64,000 nucleotides of DNA from Paraspadella gotoi (Eukaryota; Animalia; Chaetognatha). Location of the stretch: the NCBI GenBank assembly GCA_051294375.1, contig CM119263.1:15664532-15728531 (forward strand). Direction: 5' to 3'. This document shows positions 32,801-45,400 of the stretch, piece by piece; position 1 is the stretch's first letter; every line of letters starts with the position of its first letter. The notes beneath the pieces are model-generated. The model had not been told where the DNA came from. It made no database searches and saw only the letters and a list, made by a program, of their open reading frames with translations. The position numbers were made by a program, and so were the translations under genes.

Positions 32801-35142
32801 GGTTTATCTATAACACTTTCCTCTTGATCAAAATGTTTCTCATGATGATTTAATTTGTGTAAACGAACCAAATTAGGGAATATTGCGCTATAGGAACAAA
32901 GTTCACAATCATGACGACTTTTGGTTGTATGTAACTTTCGATGACGTTTAAATTCTTGAAGCAATTTTGTCTTATATTTGCATTCTGTACATTCGTAAAA
33001 CCCATTTATGCCCCAGAACTTTTCATACTCATCAGAATTATTTAATTGAGATTCATTTATTGAAGATTTATCTGGACAATACTTTTGCTGCTTTAATTTT
33101 ATTTGATTTAATGGAACATCATCTTCATCAGAATCCACTGCAATTTGAGGAGATGATTTGTTTTCTGCCAATGTTGGTTGCAATGACTGATTTTGTTCAG
33201 ATTTAGTTCCCATTTTGGTAATTCTATATTTTTTCATTTTTTTATTTTTTTTTGTTTTTCCAATAATTATGTTCCCATTTTCCTCGATATTCTGATGTAT
33301 GCTTGACTTCATGCCTCCTGCATTAGTAACAAATTTTTCACAGTGTCTTTTATGCCGATTAAGGTTAGCCAAATAAGACGAACTGTAACCGCATATATTG
33401 CAAATATATGGCTTAATATTTAGATGCTTCGAGTAAACATGCTCTCTTAAACTACTTAAATTATTTTTTGAATGAAAAATAGCTCCACAATGTTTGCATG
33501 CTTGTCCATTTTCTAATGGAACTAGATATTTCTGTCTTATTTCTTGAATACTCAAATGTATAAAGTTTTTATTACTTTCCACTGTAGATTTTTTGCTACA
33601 GGACTTGTGGTGGTTTAATAAATGGCTTTGTAAAAGGTTAGATTGTTTAGCAGAAAATGTACACAAGTAGCATTTATGTTCTGAAAGATTTTTGTGATGA
33701 TGATAATGACGTTTAAATGCTTTAGAATAAAAAGTACTAAAATCACATTCTTTACATTGAAAAACAGAACAATTGTCTTTTGACTTTAAATCATTTTTCG
33801 ACCTACTGATATCATTTGAGAACTTTGTGTGAAATTTTTTGTGATGCCAAAATGAGCCTCTCGATTTTGTAGTGTAATTACACTTTTTACACATAAATAC
33901 CTTTAGCTTGGTAAAAATTTTTTTTTCAGGAGTATCATTGTCAAAAGTTTTATTTAAGAGTGAGCAATCTAAACTCTCTTTCGATAAATTCAACTTTTCT
34001 TTACCCCGACAAGCTTCAATAGGTAGAGGCGAATGTTTGACAGATTTTTCATTTTTTTTATTTTCTTCGCAAGAATAAATGTAATTTTTGGGTTTTTTTT
34101 GGTCTTGAATTGAAGCCGCTATGGATATTTCCGTTCCAGGAGCAATTGTAGGAGAAGAAGGAATAATTAGGGGAGGAAACCACTCATTTTCAAGGTTCTT
34201 TGGAATCTGTTCCGATCTTAAGAAAATATTGTCGCAGAAATGGTTGTAAGTTTTTTCATGAAAATCCCAATCCTGCTGTGTCAAACAGGAATACTGACAA
34301 TTTCTGCAATGGTAGGTAAAGGACGTAGTCAAGTGAACTGAGGATATATGATCTAGAATTTTTGTTTTAGCAGTCGTTTCTCTGCTATTTGTTTCCTTAA
34401 ACCCACAAACTCTACATTGATATTCATTTGGATTTAGTGCTTTGATCACATTATTTTCATTGTCACTAAGAACTTGGCAATATTCTGAGCTTGAAGGTAT
34501 TTTTTTGGTTAAATTAAAAATTCCAGGTTTGCTTTCATGAACAGGAGATAACTTTATTCGCTTCTTTGCCGGCTCGTCATCAATTTCAAAATTTAAGCAA
34601 TTTGGCAGCTGCATCTCTACTTCTTGAGCGTCAGAAATTGATGAAAGGTTTATGCTTGGCTCATGTATTTTGGGAGAGTTAAGCATCTTTGCTGTTTCAG
34701 AGAAAGTAAAAAAATCATCATTTTCTGAATTAGGACTTAAATATGGACTATGTTTACGACGGTCATAATTAAAAGCTGCCTCATCACAGCTTTCATCATT
34801 ATCCAATGAAATAGAGTGTTTCATAGTGAGATGTTCTCTCAACAAAAATCTAGGGTTGTTGTTTGTGGAAATAAAAACGTGACAAATCATACATTCGAAA
34901 ATGCCTTCATGTCGATCTAAAAAAAATTCCATTCCGTTAGTTAACTTCAATGGACTAAAATTTGAGGAATTATTATCATCGGAAAAGCAGATAGTGTTCA
35001 TAAAGCCATTAGATGGATCTAGTTCGTCTTTTGATTTCTGCTGGGGAGAAGTGGACATTACATTGAACTGAAAATCTGTCACACAGCTTGGTTTATTTTG
35101 AAAAGCGTCTTTGGAAGGGCTCGGTAGCAAAACACTATGCAT
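29812..35142 (-). CDS. large multi-C2H2 zinc-finger protein (1776 aa, single coding exon)
   Basis: Uninterrupted 5.3-kb ORF with more than 20 CxxC..H..H fingers, mostly in separated pairs (CxxCxF..HxxxH then CxxCSYS..HxxxHH, hunchback/Ikaros-like). Candidate splice acceptor (ccctccag) near 35214 upstream of the ATG. Confidence 0.9.
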   Translation of the reverse strand: MHSVLLPSPSKDAFQNKPSCVTDFQFNVMSTSPQQKSKDELDPSNGFMNTICFSDDNNSSNFSPLKLTNGMEFFLDRHEGIFECMICHVFISTNNNPRFLLREHLTMKHSISLDNDESCDEAAFNYDRRKHSPYLSPNSENDDFFTFSETAKMLNSPKIHEPSINLSSISDAQEVEMQLPNCLNFEIDDEPAKKRIKLSPVHESKPGIFNLTKKIPSSSEYCQVLSDNENNVIKALNPNEYQCRVCGFKETNSRETTAKTKILDHISSVHLTTSFTYHCRNCQYSCLTQQDWDFHEKTYNHFCDNIFLRSEQIPKNLENEWFPPLIIPSSPTIAPGTEISIAASIQDQKKPKNYIYSCEENKKNEKSVKHSPLPIEACRGKEKLNLSKESLDCSLLNKTFDNDTPEKKIFTKLKVFMCKKCNYTTKSRGSFWHHKKFHTKFSNDISRSKNDLKSKDNCSVFQCKECDFSTFYSKAFKRHYHHHKNLSEHKCYLCTFSAKQSNLLQSHLLNHHKSCSKKSTVESNKNFIHLSIQEIRQKYLVPLENGQACKHCGAIFHSKNNLSSLREHVYSKHLNIKPYICNICGYSSSYLANLNRHKRHCEKFVTNAGGMKSSIHQNIEENGNIIIGKTKKNKKMKKYRITKMGTKSEQNQSLQPTLAENKSSPQIAVDSDEDDVPLNQIKLKQQKYCPDKSSINESQLNNSDEYEKFWGINGFYECTECKYKTKLLQEFKRHRKLHTTKSRHDCELCSYSAIFPNLVRLHKLNHHEKHFDQEESVIDKPITLSCQICKFKAKSPSELDVHDRFHSQTSSYKCSICNYSAEKYFMTLEHEENHHTKNEKNTVIIKKNSIKKNLKQSQKQMKLHEQLCILDKRQQELQRSQTTDLCKSESKSPIKLHKCIECEFSSVIEQELRRHKIHHGKNPLGSEFKCRICSFSCDTKNLIELHCIHHHHPGNRYFYSIRDMGKQQEPKEGFSDKTKLERNLFHNGEKLNQNMDVPLKVKQEFVCLYCDFSCNENINFDQHMKNHFVAKANNNCPIRSFSAEDSTIMFDKFHDDKNGNLELSKAKTKYDQMKNKSIKNEKKEGLAKIKVYKYKCQYCNFSTQKSLRYNNHIAMHRNKPGEFKHQCKFCSYSSNINYLILRHMTNYHDYKINDSKRKKQQIKYPPKLRVQKGFKWLCSECRFSSPFKAYIKNHQSRHTLISAYKCCLCSYSAPKKKTIDAHQRCHHDQSLFKNMEGPKILENKLSQVKIKNPIKNDLTGGILIASPPKVNFQSLYKRKKSVFSCVKCDYITKNLQAQRKHNLCHIRKNVLDCNICDYSCKMLNTLNFHLKHHHKHPEILKKGGKFLCNKCDFSAPRKYNLIQHLKRHGSNLKYLCCYCDYSSKQNSFVISHQETSHKSKKILRKSSEYEFNSESNTTGNDKLSGIYDSLPLANNFPSASIGNISLPKNKRYNCKECLFSTDYKTNFFKHVKNHNKSSINTPGYHCTFCSYYVRKPHNLIDHLKSHHNLSDYDISNQDIKPDTTFLPLTPDSSEMSGSEASILLLQDMRPLISKSNEEQAALQKQKVLSWNEKSFNIQDSNGLVLHNIPSTFNFPSQEQHQEITEAKRIVEDLLKKSGDYLPSKSLSKAMLCRFCPFLCYSNSEKTSHEKNHGVTSGTARQEKQYQCPLCTFSSDNSIDGHLGVHLRLAEFHQYLGNKVESFDIHSDKSWPVNSKDLELVFIDEDNVVEFENNPSALQIPSGCSESFCQFCGICLKEDEMILHQLRHQLGSHFRFL

Positions 35143-35384
35143 GATTTATAAGTGGTTCAATTTAATTCGCATTGACTTATATTTGGTATTGCCAGATTCG
35201 GTTGATCAATCACCTGGAGGGTAATGAAAAATGTTTTTGTAATTGAACAAATAATAAATATGTTATGATTTAATTTTCATGAATGACATATTTTTTAAAG
35301 TTACTATATACTATAATAAGACTAAGTACCCATGCCTATTTCTCATTGGATTAATATTTTTAAATTTTTTTATATTATGAAAAA

Positions 35385-35443
35385 GGTACAACCAATATAA
35401 AAATTATCCATTCATTTAATAAATAAGCTATCTTGCCCCTGAC
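35385..35443 (+). repeat. 59-bp dispersed repeat identical to 50475-50533
   Basis: ggtacaaccaatataaaaattatccattcatttaataaataagctatcttgcccctgac occurs at both sites. Confidence 0.85.
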
Positions 35444-35928
35444 ATTGGACAGGCTTTCTTGCAGAGAGAATTTAGATAAGCCATATATTAGACCATTGTT
35501 AGCGATTTCTTAAAATGTAAAATATTTCTGTACTGTAATCAAAACATGCTAAAAATAAAATTTATAATAATAAATAAATCATTAAATGAAAATTTTACAC
35601 ACAAAACGGGTTCTCCAACGAATGATCTCCAACTAATTTTCTTTTTTAGATATTTATAGTATAGTTATGGTTTATTTGGAGTCACTCGCGAGCGGACACG
35701 AATAATCCTTATTTAATCTTCATTTAATTTATTAACAAATAATTAAAATTAATTCGATCAGTGAAGGTGAAAACCTTACAATATTAAACCGTTTCAAGAA
35801 AAATATCAATGTTTCCCTGGTGGGTATTTAATGATTTTTTTAAAAAAATAACTAAAGGTGGTTTTATTGGAGAATAAAAATCATGGCTTGAATCTGAGGT
35901 AATATTTCAATAAAACATAATTTATTAT

Positions 35929-36192
35929 TAGTTACGCTCGGAGCAACTCTATAAGTCACTTTTAGGTCGGTCGGTCGGTCGGTATGTCCGTCGGTCAGTC
36001 CCACTTATGTTAAAAATTCTATTTGTTACTAGTTGTTTATTTGTTAAGAAGGAAAAAATGCTCAAATCTATGTGATTGCTAGCGTCGCCTTCAGGAAATC
36101 CTAAAACTATAAAGAATAAAAGACGGAAGCAGTACGTGGGGCTTAGAAAGTTATTGTTGCCATGTCGTCATATGATCACAGGGAAATACACG
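35929..36192 (+). mobile_element. non-autonomous Helentron/DINE-1-like element, copy 1
   Basis: tagtt..gcaactctataagtcacttt, then (GGTC)n, gtcccactta, gct(t)agaaagttatt and gaaatacacg, shared with 59729-60054. A GGTC/GTCC microsatellite near the 5' end is typical of HINE/DINE-1 elements. Confidence 0.65.
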
Positions 36193-39100
36193 TTTAAATA
36201 CACATACATTTTTACAGCGAAACATATTGAATGAACTGATCTTGTTTTTGGTTAGAATTATATCGATAAATGCAAAGGCCAAATATATTTAAATTTATTT
36301 GATATAAAACTAAAATCTTTCAAGAGCGATCAAGCCAAGATCATTGAAAAGTAAATAATTTATTTAACCAGATCAGTTTCATTTAGAATTATCACTAATA
36401 ATTAATAGAAAATGTCCTTGCTGTATAATACCCCAAAAAATGAGCCGGCAAGTGCAGTATTCATATGGTTCTTAAAAAAGTTTCAAAAAGGAATAATTCT
36501 TTTACGTCATCTCGTTTCTTTTTCAAATGTAAGCGTCAGGTGTTAATTCTGACCACGCAATATATTCCCAACTGCCACCAAGGACATAAAGTCAGATTTG
36601 TGTGACAGTCTGAAAAAAAAAATTCACGTTTGTTGCTTTTCTCTGAAAACTTTTTCAAAACTAAAGTACTGAAAACAAAAATCAAAGAAAAGCTTCTTGC
36701 ATGTAAGTTATAAAATATGATTTTTACTAATCTAATTAAAACACTCGAAAATAGAGATTAAATATAACATGTAGGCTAGGTTTTTGTAAGAGATAAACAA
36801 TAAACAAAAGTCTAAAATTGTCAAAAATAAACCTGCCAAACATTAAGGCAAAGGAGGAAGAATAAAGAATAAGGAAACTAGTAAGTGGGAGAGGGGAAAG
36901 TTACTGAGAGAGAGAGATATACAATCATGCTTCCCCACGAATACGCTCGTGTGCTAACTTTCTCGTCACAGGCTCACGAAATACCAGCATTTCTTTAGAC
37001 AAAGAACAGACGAAAATTTTAACTCGGTGTGTTTGATTAATAAAGCGGGTCGCATTAGCTACTACAATTTAGTTTTTGTGAACTGTCTTACTCACAGTGA
37101 CGTAACGCTTTGTAACTTACACTTACTCCCTAGAGTAAAAAAATAAGTTCTTCGCATATGACGTAACAGACAGATTATAATGTCAGAAGCGGCAAAATGA
37201 AAGAACGCTGTCATCAATTTTGAAGTCCTTTTATTTTTTTAAAAAGTCGATGCCGTCACGTCGCTAAATTGATTACGTCAAAGAAACGTGAAATAAAAAA
37301 TGCATTGTCTCAGGAGCTTAATTATTTATAATAACAACATCTGCTCGGGAGTTTTCTAACCTCCTTCGATTCGTTATTGTTAGTCAGGGGGCGAGGGCCG
37401 ACGGAAGACTAGGAAGGACTCGGGAGGGAAAAAGTTTGACGTCATGCCTCATTCTTTTTTATCTATATTTTTTTTTAAAAACAAAATTAATCTTTTTTTA
37501 ACAAAAAATATTTTTCAAATATAATCAAATTGATAAAACTAAAAAAAAAAACAATGAAAAAACCAAAAGAAAGTCCGGTATAAAAAAGTTTTGCTAAAAA
37601 AATAAAAATCAAATTCTACGCGAAGAAATCGAAATTCAGGTTACAAACAGATTACATGTTCCTTGATCACCTATTAACTGAAAATAGCCCAATGGCGAGG
37701 TGTTTCTTGATCTCGGCACGATATACTACATTTTATTGCATTACGATAACGACTCTTTGACAAGCGATCAGTGTGTGTGTCTCTCAGAGTGGACAGAGAG
37801 AGAGCGAGAGAGACAAGCGGACGACAATATAACTGCGGCACCCGTCAATCGAAATCACGACTCGAGTTCACTCGTAAAGAATTTTTTTTTAATTACGTTC
37901 GGCTGATATGACGACGTTTATAGGCGTTTAAAACGAATTTTTTACCCTTTTATTTCCTATTTATGATCCTAATAATGGCAAAAATATTTTAACTTTCACT
38001 AAGAACTAATCATAAACACCAATAAAACTCGAAAAAGTAAAAAAATCTCCGAAATACTTTGGAAAATACTATGGTTGTAGACAACTTTTTTAGGGTTGGG
38101 AATTTTCAAGAGAACGTCGGACCCTAAATTCCGATTCTTCAAAAGCCTATCCTTTATTCGTTGGTCGTTATCGCCCAACCCACAAATTTTTTTGGAGGGT
38201 ATTTTTAAGAGAGAATAAAGGGAAGACTTTAGAATTGTTTAACTTTATGATGATGAGAAAAAATTAGAAATAGTGAGAAAAAAAAATATAAATGAGATGA
38301 AGCGAGACATGAGAGACTTAGAAATTATGGAATTGAAGAAAAAAATTGAAGAGATACTCGGGAAGAGCCCCCCCCCCAAAAAAAAGGAGTTTCAGAGAGA
38401 AACAGGCGGGAAGAAAATTAAGATAGTTTGCAGGGGAATTCTAATAACCTTCACGCAACAGCTGTTCAACTCTTTTTTAAAAGATTAGTTGAGGCCATGA
38501 AATTTAAAAGGGGCTTCAATATTCGCGATGGAGAGAAACGAAGAATGAACGGAATTCCCCCCCGAAAAAAAAAAAACCTTGTAACCTGGAATAAGAAAAA
38601 TCTTGAGAAAACAAAAAAGTTGAGGACTTTGGAACGAACCTCTGTGTTGACACGAACCACCGTGTGCGTGATTCTTCGTGATGATCTTTCACTATTTTCT
38701 TAAGTTCATATACAATCGATGTTTTTATCTACTATTTTTTTACAATATAACTTGAACGTGGTCAATATAACTTCTCGCATAAAACTGGTCAGATCACTAG
38801 TTTCGGCGCCGGGCTCATTGTTGTGATTACGTTGAAGTCAGGTCCCAGGCGAAAGAAATTCAAACTGATGGAAGGAATGTCTGCTATGCCACAGCTTTCA
38901 AAACAATGAGAAAGCTTCGGCCTTTTTTTTTACGGTATGATCGTATTTTACCTTTTTTCAACCAGTAAAAAAAATTGGAGAGCCATTTTTGCTCCGGCCT
39001 TACCGTCACAGTGGAGCCAAAATATATATAATATATAATATATATAAATGAAATGGTCAATAGCAAAATAATAAGATAAAATTAAATGGTGAATAATGAT

Positions 39101-40239
39101 GATAATAAAAAAAATAATAATAATAATAATAATGATACAGTAAATTATGTTAAAAAAACTTGGATGCAAAATTTTTAATGAGATTTAAAAAAATGAAAAA
39201 TATACTTACAAATTTATAATTTGAATTAAAAGTTTTACGTGCGATTATAATGTTTAAATTAATAAATAAATATTAATTATTATTTTGTATGTTCAATTTT
39301 AGTAAGCATATATATTGAACTTTTTGAACGAACTTAAAAAACGAATTTAATGACATGGACAACGCCCACCCAAGAATTCACAAACGTTAGGAAGAAAAAA
39401 AAGCACCTGAAACTGATGCAAGTTATTCCTAACCTAAATAAGAAGAATTTTCCTATTTTTGGGTCACGGTAATTATTTTTTACATAAAATAGGATTATTA
39501 AAGTTAACTTAAAATGTGAGGGAAGCGAGATGGGAAAATAAAAAAAATTAAAAATTTGGAATAGGGAGAAGGGAAAAGTTTTTTATTCTGAGTTTATCTA
39601 TACGTAAACGAAAATTTTAACACTTTTTGATTGAAAATTGCCCCATTTCGGGCGTAGGCATTTGAATGAGACGGCATCTGAATGACGATTTGGTAGAATT
39701 AAGTCTCACATCCGATTAAGAGAGAGAGAGAGAGTGAAAGAGAGAGAGAGATAAAAATGGAAGGGAGAAACTCGCCGAAAAATTCCAAAGATACTTTCAT
39801 CAATTCAAATTAAAGCGATTATACGCCAAAGCAGACAAAAAATAAAAAGGTCGAAAATGCCGCATATTTCGAAGAGTAAAAAAAAAAAGGAAAGAAGGAA
39901 GGAAAAAGAGAGAAAAAAGAAAGAAAAGAAAAAAACAGAATGTAAAAAGGAAGAAAGAGTTTTAAGTAATATTAATAACGTCAGAAAAGAACAAGTAACC
40001 TAGCGCCACAGACGTTCATACATTTACTTATCAAAAACAGAAAATTTCAGAAGAAACGATATTGTTCCCCCCAAAAATACTTTTTCTGTTTTATAAAATA
40101 TGAGCAGCGTTGCCAGTAATAAATCAGTGAAGAGAACATATCGTGTACTGCAATAAATTTGAACTTCGTCCTGGGTCCGGGCTCTTCAACCCAGAATGAG
40201 AAACGAGGATTAAAATAAAACAAACAGCTGCAAAGTCAC

Positions 40240-40344
<105 letters not shown>

Positions 40345-41362
40345 TCTTTATCCACTTAAGGTCCATAAAATGCCAATGGCGAATAAAAAAAAAACCGCAT
40401 AATCTACGATCAGCATATAACCTCAAACGAAAAAATAAATAAATTCGAGAGTAGAAATAAGAAACTGTTTAAAAATAAAAATTAGTGGAAAAAATCTGGT
40501 AAAAAGTGATAAGAAAAAATAATAATAAAACTATCAGAGAAAATAAAAATCAAATTAGTAAATTCTGCTAAAGGAAGAAGAAACAACCAAGTAAAGCATA
40601 GTACATAGTACAATGTACAAAAGAGAGGGAGTGGGCGACACGAAAAATTATAACAAAAATCGGCGCTGTTTGATGTATAATGGGCAACATGTTGGAGGAG
40701 ACGGAATTCACGGATACATGCCTTACATCTTCGGAAGCCTCCTCGAAGAGCAGCAATCGTCAAATCCCAAAGCTCATCAAAGGAATCGAGGCTTTCACAA
40801 GCTTGAAACCATCGTCGGCTTCTTTCTTTCCTTTCGAGACTCACAAACTCACAAACTCACGCCCGTCAAAACCGCGCTCCGAACGCCAAACCCCGAAGTC
40901 AACCCATTTTCTCACTATACTTCTCGGGGGACCGCTGATTCAACTTCGTTAATACTTTGAAATCTATACATCACTATGCTTCTAACTCTACTTCTCACTT
41001 CATTTTTCTGGCGACCCCTAACTCAGCTTCGCCACCACTTTTAACTCTCGTCTCTACTGATCACTATACTTTTAACTTTACTTCTCCAAAACGAACGACT
41101 GAGAAAAAGAGTTTCCGCATCTGCCTCTCATTACGCGACGCCGCGATCTTGTGGCCAGATCGCGGTTTTTTGCGCCGCTTCTCCGAACGAAGAGGAAAAT
41201 TAACAGGGAAAAAAAAAGTAAAACAAACAAACAGCAGCAAACATTATTTATATAAATAAAAAAAAGAGAAAGGAAAAAAAATTACAGACGAGGGGAGGTG
41301 GAGAACACGAGAGAGAGAGAGAGAGAGAACTAGAGAAAATAGGAGGAGGGAGAGGAAGGAAC

Positions 41363-41446
<84 letters not shown>

Positions 41447-41704
41447 GCGCTACACGCTGGAAAAATTAAAAAAAAAACAATTTATGAAAATTGATAAATT
41501 ATTTATATTATATTTTATGTACATCACGAAATATAAAAAGGCTAGCGGCCAGATCTGTTGTGAGGCCTCGAAATCATTACCGACCTCTATCCAGAAACCA
41601 TGAGGGATGTTTCTTTTCTGTTTCTTTTCCTTCAAAATATTTGGGCATTTCTTGAATTAAAAATTTTAAAATTTTATTTCCAGAAGACCGATTTTTTTCT
41701 TATG

Positions 41705-41743
<39 letters not shown>

Positions 41744-41820
41744 TTTCTTTCTCTTCTTTTCTCTCTCTCTCTCTCTCTCTCTCAATCTTTCTTTCTCTCT
41801 CTCTCTCTCTCCTCTCAATC

Positions 41821-41882
<62 letters not shown>

Positions 41883-42484
41883 AGATTTTAAGTGTATTCT
41901 AAACATCTGCTTCTGAAAAACGGGGACAGATGCTTTTGGGAGCTCGAAAGATGGTTGCAGGAGCTAAGAATGCTTGGAGTTTAAAACGGTTGCAGAAGCT
42001 AAAACAAATCTCCGAGGAGTTCGAAACCTACAATAAATGGCTAAAGTTTTTTTATTAATATGGGATAATGTTTCTTTGAAGCTAAAATTCGAAATTTGAG
42101 AGCAGATGTATTTTTGACTGGGGATTTATAAAATTTAGAATACTGAAAAAAATAAATCTCCTAAGAAAAACATATGTCATTCATGAAATCAATGAATTTT
42201 TACAAAACCCGAACTAACCTGAAAATCCCGTTAAATGAAGACGAGCTCTAAATTGACAACATGAACGAACGTCAGTCCGCCTAAAAAAGCGAAGAATAGA
42301 TAGTTGTCATAGCAAAAAAAATCAATTTTAGCACTAATTTTTTTGTTTTTTTTCTTTTATTTACGTTTTTCCCCCCACCCGAGGTTAGTATAAATAATAT
42401 ATTTTACGTTTAAAAAGTATTAAGTCGCGTATCGTACGAAGTTAAAATAACGTTAATTAGCGTTTTTATTAAAAGAGTCTGAAA

Positions 42485-45400
42485 ATGCTGCGAAACCCGA
42501 CGAATCGAACGAACAACCACTGCGACTCCCCTTCGGCGGCGGGAACTAATCCCGATGGCACGGCTTGTCAACACGGGTCGAGTTATCACGGCAATCAATG
42601 TTCCGACGGCCATAGTCACGATTCCAAAGGATGCAAAGTGGAAAAGAAAAAGTGCGACTACCAAACCTGCGACTCTCCGCCCAAACCTAAACCGCCCAAC
42701 CAGAATCCACAGTGGCTCTGTTACGAAGGTGAGTTACCGACAGATTCGATCAAAAACGATTCCTACCCGGCATGCGCGATTTTATAGAATTTTTCAGTCT
42801 AGTTCCATTTCTATCTAAATTTTAACAATATCAATTTTGACGTTTGACGTGGACCCACAATAGGGCCGGGTTAAAAAAAACAATTTCCTAATCGTTTTGA
42901 ATTCAGGAAACGACCATAAATTATATTTTTGTGGCATAATATTACTAAATTCTGTCTATTCGCTCCCGAGGAATTCGCGAGATCGTGGACTGGATTCGCG
43001 AGCGGACTCAAATCGTCCCTCAGATTGGAATCATGAGCGGACGAGGTCTCGGAGGTTTAGCTGACATCTTGGACGACAAGGTCGTCTTCAAGTACAAAGA
43101 AATTCCACACTTTCACGTCTCCGGACTTCCGGGTGAGATATCATGATAAATCACAAATACTGTTTTTTTTTTTGCGATGAACCAAGAACATATTGTAAAG
43201 CGGAGATGAATTGTGTCATTAAGATTCGCCGAATCAAATGTCGATCGGAAAAGTAGGAAGAAAACGAGTCGTCATGATGCAAGGCAGATTTCCTCCTTAC
43301 GAGGTCGGCAATCGACAATATAATTCTGATGTCTTCCCTCGGGACAACTTTATCCTCAACTCAGCATTGGATGTCTCCAGGGTTTTCACTACGGGGTCTC
43401 GTCGCTGCCGGTGCGTGTCATGCGAATGCTCGGGGCCACTCATTTGATCAACTTGCACTCGGTGGCCAGTTTAAGTGCCGACTTCGTCGTCGGCGACTTT
43501 GTTCTCATCAGAGATCACATCAACCTGCCGGGATTGTGCGGGTTGCATCCTCTTAAAGGTAAGGGGTTTATCTAAATCCCATTAAAGTGTTTGTAGAGAA
43601 AACCAATTCATAGACAAAGCCGATTCATGTCTTTGGCATTTTCTTCCTTCAAACGACTACCTCGAGGATGATTTTTTTTTTTTGTTACGACACTCCAATC
43701 GTGCCACTTACCGTGTGTGTAACCCCCGCGTTGCAGGCTTCAACGACGACCGTCTTGGTCCACGCTTTCCCGATTTACGCAACGTCTACGACAAGGAGAT
43801 GCGAGAGGTGCTGAAGCAGACGATGCAGGAGATGCGAGGCTCCGGAGCCTCAAAATCGTCGGGAAGCCCGCCGCAGATGGACATCAAGTGCAAGGACGGC
43901 GTAGAGGTGCTGATGTCGGGTCCGGCGTATTTGACGCCGGCAGAGGGCGCGATGCTTAAAATGATGGGCGCCGACGTCGTGGGGATGAGCGCCACGCATC
44001 AGAACATCGCAGCTGTACATCAAGGGATGAAGGTTTGAGAGGGAGGTTTACATAATAATTACATAATAAAGAACACCAATTGGAATACCAATTGGACTAG
44101 ATTCTGGCCAAGATATTGCTAATATGTTATTATTTTATTTGAATCAACATATATGGAAAATATGACAAAAAATAATTTAGGAATCGCTAGACAATTTAAA
44201 AATTGCTCAAGATATATTGATGACCTTTTTTCAGCCGATTTTAAGGATTTTAAAATACATCTTGCCAACATATATCCAGCAGCACTTACTGTCAATAAAT
44301 CTAATAGTACAGATACAAATGTAGATTACTTAGACATAAACATTAAATCAGAAAACAAAAAATCTTACTCTGTCTGTTTATGATAAAAGGGATTCCTTTT
44401 CTTTTGAAGTAGTTAATTACCCATATATGGACAGTTGTATTCCTAAAAAAGCAGCACTAGGTGTATTTATTAGCCAATTAATAAGATATGCAAGAATATG
44501 TTCGACGTTTGCAGATTTTTCTTCAAGAGCTATAAATTTAAGCAAAAAACTACAAAGTCAGGGTTATATATTTAAGGACTTAAGAAAAATGGGAATTAAA
44601 TTTTTCAATAATTATAAGGAGCTAATAAAAAAATATAATGTTACTGATGTTAATCTATTTTCAAAAAAGATTATACATGATAGTTCCTAATAAAAATGAT
44701 AAGGAAAAAATAACAAAAATAAACACTAAATAATAATTATAATAATAACATCAACAATATTATTTAAATAACTTATTTAACTTTTTTTAACTTATTTAAC
44801 TCTCTGATTTAATTTATTTTTTAACTTTTACCAATTAACTTAATGTTAACTTTACATTAACATACCCTTTAATTATTAACTTATTATTAAACTAATTATT
44901 TAACTTATTTTATTTATTTACAATTTACAAATTATTACAAAACCTGAAATAAAATTTCTCTAAAATTAATAATGCTGTGATGCAGGGCTTTGGTCTGTTT
45001 CAGATAAACATTCAAGATATACATTTAAAATATAAGATAAGCAACAATGAAGATCACCATTTGTGATGGCTCGCCTATACCTGGATATTGGGATTAAAGA
45101 GCCGAAATCCATGAAGGGTATAGGTTCCCAACTGATGACCTTCCCATTGTATAAAAATAAAAAATAAAAAAATATTCAAAAAAAGAAATAATTTAAAAAG
45201 TAGAATAAAGAAAAAAATATAATTTTAAAATTATATTCATGACATAAAGGTGCCCCAATAGACCTTTCCCCGGTATGTATCCCTCAGAACATACAATTCT
45301 ACATGGTAGTCTTATCCCTATTGGTAAAAAAAATCATATATAACTTTTGATCACCCTCAAAAAAATATCCATTCCCACCCCTTTCTGTTCAGCCTCTTTA

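Noticed and set aside
44970-45070. SECIS candidates (GTGA..GA, ATGA..TGAT) in the PLE 3' region
   Set aside because: Upper stems are too short and lack an apical AA motif. The TGA at 44381 results from a frameshift, not an in-frame Sec codon.
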